DNA of 64,000 bases, from the NCBI GenBank assembly GCA_030141605.1, contig JAQGDQ010000016.1, positions 312,282 to 376,281 on the forward strand. Reading direction: 5' to 3'. The translations under genes and the position numbers were made by a program. This DNA is from Tubiluchus corallicola. Its lineage: Eukaryota > Animalia > Priapulida. Below the pieces are notes generated by a model. It saw only the letters and a list, made by a program, of their open reading frames with translations. It made no database searches and was not told where the DNA came from. Of the stretch, positions 55,851-64,000 are shown piece by piece; position 1 is the stretch's first letter; the number at the start of each line of letters is the position of its first letter.

Positions 55851-58807
55851 GCACAAGATGAGATAGTTGATTTGTCCTAACAACAAAAACAGGCTATTAT
55901 TTTTTGAACTTGGCATTTTCACGCCCAATCAACAGTCAACGTAGCTGATGAGTTGATGATAAATTTATTTTAAAAAACGACAAAATAATCAGAAACGAAT
56001 ACTCGTAATTTTAAGAATTTCGCATTTGACTGACCTCTATCGTATTTTGACGACCTAAACCAAACTTTTCGCTACACGTCACAGAATCAACATCATTTTG
56101 TCACATTTGAGCGGAATGTTAGGGACAGACACTAAGGGCGTGTTTGAATGAGAGATTTGATATTTGTACAGCCTTTTTTAGGTTAAATATAATAGAAATT
56201 GTTCTTTCTATTCTTCCTGCATTTCAATGGGCACGTAAAAGTTTGTATACTTTTTTCGCTTACTAAGCGGGTAAATGCAGAAATGGCCCGCTGACCATGC
56301 ACACATCCATTTATTAACCAGTCCCAATGCTACTTAACTTTGAAGCTAAGCCGGTACCGTGACCGCCCAGCTATTCCAATTTTTGTACTTTGCTTGTAAA
56401 TTTAGCAGTGAAAATTCCGATTTCATAACTTAAAGTTAAATCATTCAAATTACCCTGAAGAATTTTCATAAAGCCTTTATAGCTGCATTATTATCGCAAT
56501 ATTCGAGTCTACACGTTTACAACACAGACATGTAATCATTGCACAATCAACCTGAGCAACTGCCAGAAAAGTAATTTTTTAAAACATCTCTATAATACTG
56601 AAAGTGAAATTATAAATAAATAAATCTAAATCGACATGGTAATTTGGTTTAAGTGGCTTTGATATCAGTTTCAGAGAAACGAGATAAGATTACCATTCTC
56701 CTGAGATAAGTAGAAATTGGATCAGCTTTGAAAAATTCATAATAGATTTTGATTAGAACGTGAAGAAATATACCCTAAGAATTTGGCTTGGTCTTACTTT
56801 GATGAAGGTAACCCTGACTTTAACAAGCATTTAAACATGCTTTTGTCTTTTTCGACATTCGACATTAGCCAGTGTAGGAAATAAGTGCATTTTAAATCAT
56901 GGATCTTTGATAAGGAAGTTTTTAGTCTTCGCATGTTGTCTCATTGTCCTCAAGCTAACTGATTTTAGTTAAGTAAAACAGTTCCACTTTGTTTTGTGTC
57001 TGAAACTGTTAGGAAATTGTGAAAGGTCTGTGGTCAAATTGTCACAAACTTTTTCCTAATGATTACTTACAAAAATACCCCGTGTTGTTAGCTGAACAGA
57101 TAATGAATTTAGACACGTGAGTGCGAAATATTGATTGTTTTTAATGTCTTTCTAGCCTCTTTAGTGTCCCAATTTGGCTATCTCACGACCCCTTAATGAA
57201 CAGTAGTGTTTCTAATGCAATCTCGCAGCTTTTAGTCAGTCACAATGGATTAATTCTTGTAAGTTTAAGCACCAATAGTGTACTTCACCTCACTCCAGCC
57301 TCAAGCCAGGGAAATCATTGTTAAATAACTAGGTGGAGCTCAAAGTGTTAACGATGGATGGCGATGACGTCTTTACTATATACTCAGAAACAATGCGGCA
57401 AGTGAATCTGTTATGTAAGTTCCAGACTTTTGAGGATTGTTCGGATTACAGTTTACAAATTTTTTTAATTAAACATTTTACAAATTAATTTTATCAATTT
57501 TTCCCACTGAAAAAAAAGTGTTAAAGATGTGTTCGGACTTTTTAATTACTTAAATTTTAGTATCTTTAAGCGATGAATGGTCATTTTCACTTGTTCATAT
57601 TTTTTTCCGAAATGCGAAATCTGAGTAAGACATGCCGGTTTAACAGTTTTGTAAAAAATTAAAACCTGATCAACACTCATACTACTATCAAGGTTTGCTA
57701 CAATTACTGAAAATGTTCTTACAGTGTGGATCACTTTTTAGTACGAGGTGCCTGATCCCTAAAGCAAGGTCATGTTGTTGTTGTGACATTTATCTTTGAA
57801 AGCTATTACAGGCCATAGTTTTCATCGTAGGCAGCTGAAAACTCTACGGAGTTTTGCGCAGACCGTAATGGAACCAGATTTTTCACTTTTCCAGAATGAC
57901 TCTCAGAAATGCCTGTTAAATGGATCATGATCCACGCTGCACATTGTTAGTTTTGTTACAACTTTGTACGTTCCTTCATTCTGATGTATAAATTGGTCTG
58001 CCCAACAATGCGTATGTAAATTTTTACAAAAAAATCGGATCATGCCAACTGTAAACGCTTCCTATGATTTTCTTATGGAAACCTTTAACTTTGCAAGAAG
58101 TAAGCAAACAGGACGTGCCGTTGGAATACTGCAAAATCATTTTTTTTAACGTAAAGGTTTCAAACAAGGCAGAAGAATATTTACAATACTTAATTTTGAA
58201 CCAATAAACATTTTTCATACTTTTAGTGAATTTGAAATACTAGCACCAATCTAGCGATTTAATAGCAGTGAGTCACATACGAACATCAGAAACAATTCAG
58301 TTTTCGAGTGTTCTTAGAAGTTGTCCAAACAATAAAGCTATATTAGTCTGTCATCTGCTATCAAATTCACGCAAAGACAAGCAGATTGAATCCCGACGGA
58401 GTGTGAAACACTAATATCAAGCGAGGTTTGCGATAAGCGTAATGTAATTATCACCTTATAATATTTCAGAAAAACCCGTAATTGTCTGTAATGGCTTCAC
58501 TTAGGTAACTTGTAGCTTCAAGCAAAACATACCAGGAAAAAAATGAAAGATTTATAACTAAATTTACAAAGTTTTACGACTGGTCATTGTCCAGCTATTA
58601 TACAATAAGTTTCTTCACTTGTCTTGCTCGCAAATTTTGCCGTTTTGTCAAACTGTTGAAATCCCTTACCAAGATGCTGTCATGGTTCTAGGGTCAGCAA
58701 GAGGGCATGCGCGTACATCTACTTCTTTTGGAAGAAATATCATGGCAGAATTAGGTGAGTTACATTTGGAACAGTGTTTACTGTTGACATTTGATAGCAG
58801 CGAATAT

Positions 58808-59157
58808 AGAAAAAAATGACGCAGGCTATTATGGCACAGGCAAAATTTAAAGGGAACAAATGAAAAAATTAGGCAAAAATGGCACAAAGAACATGCCTTG
58901 CTATGAACTAACTTGACATGTCTATTCAGCAATTTGTAATGCAATGATTGGGTGTTGGCAGAATTAAAAATCATTATCCCCAACAATAACCCGAACCCTA
59001 AGCTCTTATTTGATTAAGTGTGCCATTTTCCCAATTTTTTCTAATTGTGCCATTTTTTCATGTGCTATTTTTATCATGTCATTTTACCTATGGCATTTTT
59101 TCATGTGCCATTTTTATCATGCCATTTTACCTATGCCATTTTGTCTGTCCCTTTTTT
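58808..59157. mobile_element. Second, shorter foldback element of the aaaaatggcaca family
   Basis: aaaaatggcaca-like repeats at 58810-58886 and inverse tgtgccatttt repeats at 59020-59150. Central aacccgaaccctaag mirrors cttagggtta in the first copy. Confidence 0.75.
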
Positions 59158-62100
59158 AATGTAATAATTCCCCTTAGGTGCACATACGGTAATGGTTTAA
59201 ACTGGTTCAAACTAAAATTTACGAAATTAGCTGCAAAAACCGCACAAGTGTGAATGGATAGCACGTTATGATTGTAACGTCCTAATTGTAACTTGTACTC
59301 TAGGTCCATTCATTTAAGAATGTCGTTTTTTATCAACAATTTCAATTTGTTGCTTAATTAATACAAACGATACTCGCTCTCGCCAATTTTATAATCACTT
59401 CTTTGACAATTCTTTGACAAGATTTAATGAAGTATTTAACAAACTTTTCTTTGTTAGAGAAGTCCGTCCAAGAAGGTTAGTTAATTTGGTTTTTTAAGTG
59501 ATTTGTATTTTTAAATTTTCTACACTTTTTATTAAATTTTTGTAATTTTTGTAAATTTTCATAGCTCTTTTAATAGTGCATGACATGTAGTATTTTTAGT
59601 ATAAATTTTAACTTTTATATAGTATTTTTATGTTCTGAAATAAACTTTAAAGAATATATACATGCTGCGTAATAACAAAGGTATCAGAGAGAGGGTTAAA
59701 GTACCACGTTTTAGAAATAATATGTCTACGATGTTCCCACATATTTGCGCGGTATTACCTAATCCAGCATTTAATAAGTGACAGCAATGCTTTGTACAAA
59801 AGAGTTTCCTTATTGACAATAACAGCTAGCTACTCGAGCGCCTACTCAAGCTAATTCTTTGATAACTGTTTACAATTTTACTGTGTGTCATAAATCTGTA
59901 GCCTGTCGTAAAAATGTGGATTGTAAAAAAGTTCGTAAACTTCTCAATAAAACTGTTTACAGCTTGCAAGCCATGTGTCTATGATAGTAGGCAGATTGAT
60001 GGTCAGGTATTTAATAATGCTACTGTTTTAAAGATTCGCTACGACTTAATGTCATTTCTGCTGACCGTCAACATCATCATCCAAATTGGAACAGGACAAC
60101 GCTGAGTTGATTATGTTAGTGGCTAAGCATGTAGTTGGCAATGCAGTTATGATGATCAAGTTCCTAATGCCCCATTTCTATTAGGGATTGCTTCCGCGTG
60201 CAACTTAATCATAATTGTATTGTGACGGGAATGAAACAGTCATTTCTAGTGAGCCTGCAGCCTAGGCATTGTTTAAGATGTCGCTCATTTTCTTTGCCTA
60301 GACAGACACGCATTGCTGGCTGTTGCTTTAAGATCCACCACTTCCCTCAAACTAGGCTAAGAAAGTAGCCAAGGCGGTGAACGCTTGGAAAGCCCAGAAC
60401 TTTCCGGGCCACGTAGGTAATTTTCTGGTCTTTGCACATGTTGCTGTTACAATTACTTCACAAAATAAAGTCTGCAAAGGGGTTGAGCATCCATGTGCAA
60501 CAGTTTACTTAACCAACAGGAAGAATATGTACGAGCTGCGGAAGCGCTGTTCTCTTCACTGCAAAAACATCTCCTGAGGACTGTGTGCAAACAGGATCAG
60601 CAACAGATTTTTTGTTCCCCAACTTATCCATTAGGCCACTAAAGCACTAATATAGTTATTATTTGCCTTTTGTCAAGATTAGTTTCTTATGTAGTAATGC
60701 TGAAAGTTCTTTAAACTAATTGTGTTCATTAGGTTGTTTTCTGTTTCACTGACCAGATATTTTAGCTGAAAAGTCGCGAGTTGACTTGATTTTGCATAAC
60801 TGGAGTGAAATTTTGGCTGGAGTTTTCATCTGAGGAAAATAAGCCTTGCAGGAAATTTGTCTTGCTCGTGAGTCAGACGCAACATTTCTAACTCGGTTTA
60901 TCATCGATATCAGCATTAGTCATCAAATAGTAACAAAAGTTGTAATTTTGGCTACAGATGGCTCATCTTATGTTCACAAGGTAATGAATGACGACTTGTG
61001 TTGCTGTGACTCAACTGGAATTACCTGCAATAACCGTAAAATTGAGATTGACTGGAAGCTGTCCTAGTGACTAGCGACTTTCTTGAATTTTGCTTTAATG
61101 TCTTGAAATTTTATTTGCGCTTTATATGGGATAGTCCGACGATAAAGTAACAGGTGTTGTACATTTAAGAAGTAAAACAAATTGAGCTTGCGCTATAAGC
61201 AAAAGAATCATGTAGTGGAAAAATATCGAAAATGTTATATGCGAATTTTAGTAACTGTGGCAAAAATGTTATACGCGAGTTTAAGTGACTATGGCAAAGA
61301 TCTACTAGCATCTGGCGATTGCACGCAGTACAAAACACTCGTAATGCTGAATGACACCAGAAAACTCTTTCTTGTCAAATATTAACTACAGTCACAGTCA
61401 AGAAGAGCGTCAACTGGCTATTATAACCAGATTTCTTACAAGACAGACTATTATTAATTATAGTCTGTCTTTTTGTACTAAATTCTGATTCCTATTTGTA
61501 ATAATGATGTCTTAATGTTTTACGCTACTATAATGATCTCAACAGCTCGTCAGTTAGGGGGTTAATCGTGAGCCTGTTTGCAATTTGCGCACAACTTCAA
61601 ATGAACTCTTATAGGAGACAAGAAAGACGATCTAATCTGGAAATTTTTGCGTTTCATTGATAACATGTGTTTATTTCCGGTGCAGACTGAAATATTTTGT
61701 GTGTAAATGTTATCTCTGGCTTCTGTTTTTCTAGATTAAAATAAGATAAACTTTAGTTTCAGTATAAGGTTTTATCACATCTTGTCTTATAATACATTTG
61801 TTAATCTTTCGGCTCACTTTTACTTCCGTTTCAACTTTCACGGAAGGGTTTGTATAAAATGGATTTGTGTCATTACAGAAAAGCGAGACTGTAGAACAAA
61901 TTTGAAAGAAAAGCCGAGAACATTCCTTTCCAACGATAATTGCGGTTTCCAAATAATGGAAATTTTATGAATAAATTTTTAAATATTGTAAATTTCTACA
62001 TTAAATCTATTTTACTTGGCAACTTAGTAGTTGATAAATTTCATGCACACACAAATTCTTTAACGGTTATGGTAAGCATATCGAGATAGTTATTTTCATA

Positions 62101-64000
62101 ATTCAAATTGTCCCTGTTTGACAAATTGCAAAAATATTAAAAAATTACAACTCATAAAGTTAATCAAGGTTGCAAGGGAACCACCATAATTGCCTGCTTA
62201 TGTCTGATTAGGTGACAATGATACAAATCAATTAGACGAAAGTTGTCTTTAGTACCAAAACTAACATTTTAAATAATTGATCCAAATTACACAGTAGAAA
62301 ATTAACAATATACAGAAGAGACATAACACTTGATATCAGAGCATATCATCAGGTATTCTAATGATAACTCTCACTGATGCCAGGCAAGCATATTAAGCTG
62401 CTGCAGACTGCAAGCACACAAGAACTGGAATGGGTTCAATTAAATAACATGAAATTTAATAGCTCTAAATTTAAAGAAATGAGCAATAATTTTCCAAGGT
62501 GCATTTTCTTTTAAAATAGAATTGCTCCGGTAACGACAAAACATGTAATCAATGAAATACTAATTATATAATTAATTAATACTTTAAATAGACGTTTTAC
62601 TGAGCCTACAGATAACGTCTCTAATGACGCTATTAATTTTTAATTACCCAAAATGATACGGCTCTCCTGAGTACCCCTACTGACTTCAAATTTCGCTTCA
62701 ATTATTAAATTACACTTTAATGTCTTTAGTAAAATTCTGCTTATAAAATAACGAGAAGCGAAAATTTGCTAAGTGACTTAATTTGTCTTAAGGCAGTAAA
62801 TTCCTAATGACTCTGCTTAATTATCGTTTAATTACCACAATTAATGGTTTGTTAATTTCTGCGCGGACGACTAATTAACGTTTTAACGTTAGTGGTTTCG
62901 TTATTTTATGACGAAAAATTATATTCTTATGTATGGACACTCTTGGATGTTAGTTGAATCAGCCACTTCAGCTAATTGCCAACAACAATTCTCTCAACGT
63001 TGTGACCATGGACGGACGATGTTACAATGGAAGAAGCGGAAATCGCAGTGCTGTCGGCACAAGCATAAAAACCCAGCAATTGTTCTCAGTTGTTTTTAGT
63101 TACTTTACAAAAGTTTAACGATTGAGCACAACATGCACACGTATTTCAGTTAACCTTGAATACAGTTGAGTAACTGTTGTTATAGGGCATAGTTGTTATA
63201 ACTCAAGCTCATTTCATTTAATACAGGGTTAATGTGTATAAGTTCGTCGCCACTGATGTCTACAGATCAACAGTAATTGTGAGATATAATTGTTATGTTT
63301 TGCGTACAGTAGCTATGCGCAGATTAAAATAAACTGATAACCGTTTACATTTGTTATTGGAATAAGCATTTGCTACCAACTCGACAAAAATAACAAGCGA
63401 AATTATTAAATGATTTAATAATTACGACGATAAATAAGTGACGTAAAACACCATGTTTGTCGTGATACAATTGCGTGAAGAGGATGTTTATTTGATTTTA
63501 TGATATAAAGTATACGAATTTTATCTTTAATAAGTAAGTAATATATTGTAAGAAGCTTGTTTAGCGTTATTTTAAAATGGCGTTGGTAACTCTCGTAGTG
63601 ACCTTGTTTATTCAATTTTGTTTGTTTATTACTTATTTATCTACTCTGTTTTTGTCGTGCCATGTCCGGACCCACCAACACAGACATTGCTTAACCCGAT
63701 AAAAGGCAGGCGCACCAAGACGGGATGACCATAAAGACCACGCGGGTGTGCGTGCACTCTACCATCAGGGATTTCTCCGAAGTTGTGAGTTCGTTTTACC
63801 TTTAGTTATTTAGTGTAACCATTGACGCAATCTAAAGCGCGTTTCCACAAAACACCCTAACACTAAATACACAACAAAATGCACCAATTGAAACAATACA
63901 GTAAATAGAATTAACTAAAAAACACAAGAAACACCACATTATTCACCCAAGATAACAAATATAGCGAATTACCTATACATATATATATATATATACTTAA

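Noticed and set aside
61440-61475. 12-bp hairpin plus T-run resembling a rho-independent terminator
   Set aside because: Eukaryotic intron-like context with no upstream gene; probably chance or a MITE relic.
62638-62652. tttaattacccaa, similar to nematode SL1
   Set aside because: Only 13 AT-rich nt, with no donor or Sm site following.

Overview
AT-rich, gene-poor, repeat-rich eukaryotic DNA. It looks like an invertebrate, probably lophotrochozoan, genome; the organism cannot be fixed from sequence. Two host coding regions are supported: a 610-aa secreted vWA-domain protein with Thr-rich blocks in one uninterrupted ORF (9423-11255, +), and the first coding exon (TM1-TM3) of a rhodopsin-class peptide GPCR (23005-23363, +). 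I found no next GPCR exon in the remaining ~40 kb. The rest is transposon debris and simple repeats: RTE-group LINE fragments, a 3.5-kb PIF/Harbinger-type element with a CTG TSD, TA- and TTA-flanked MITEs, a Helentron-type (HINE) element nested in a foldback element, a BEL/Pao gag remnant, tRNA-like SINEs and long microsatellites. The most interesting signal is a set of retroelements with (GAT)n tails. They are stacked in one orientation at repeated GTGT(CAT)n junctions, one family carries a conserved 3' stem-loop, and one TSD-flanked copy carries a 97-unit (CAT)n microsatellite as its tail. I found no prokaryotic-type system (CRISPR, operon) and no confidently novel multi-gene system. All family assignments are by motif recognition, without database searches.
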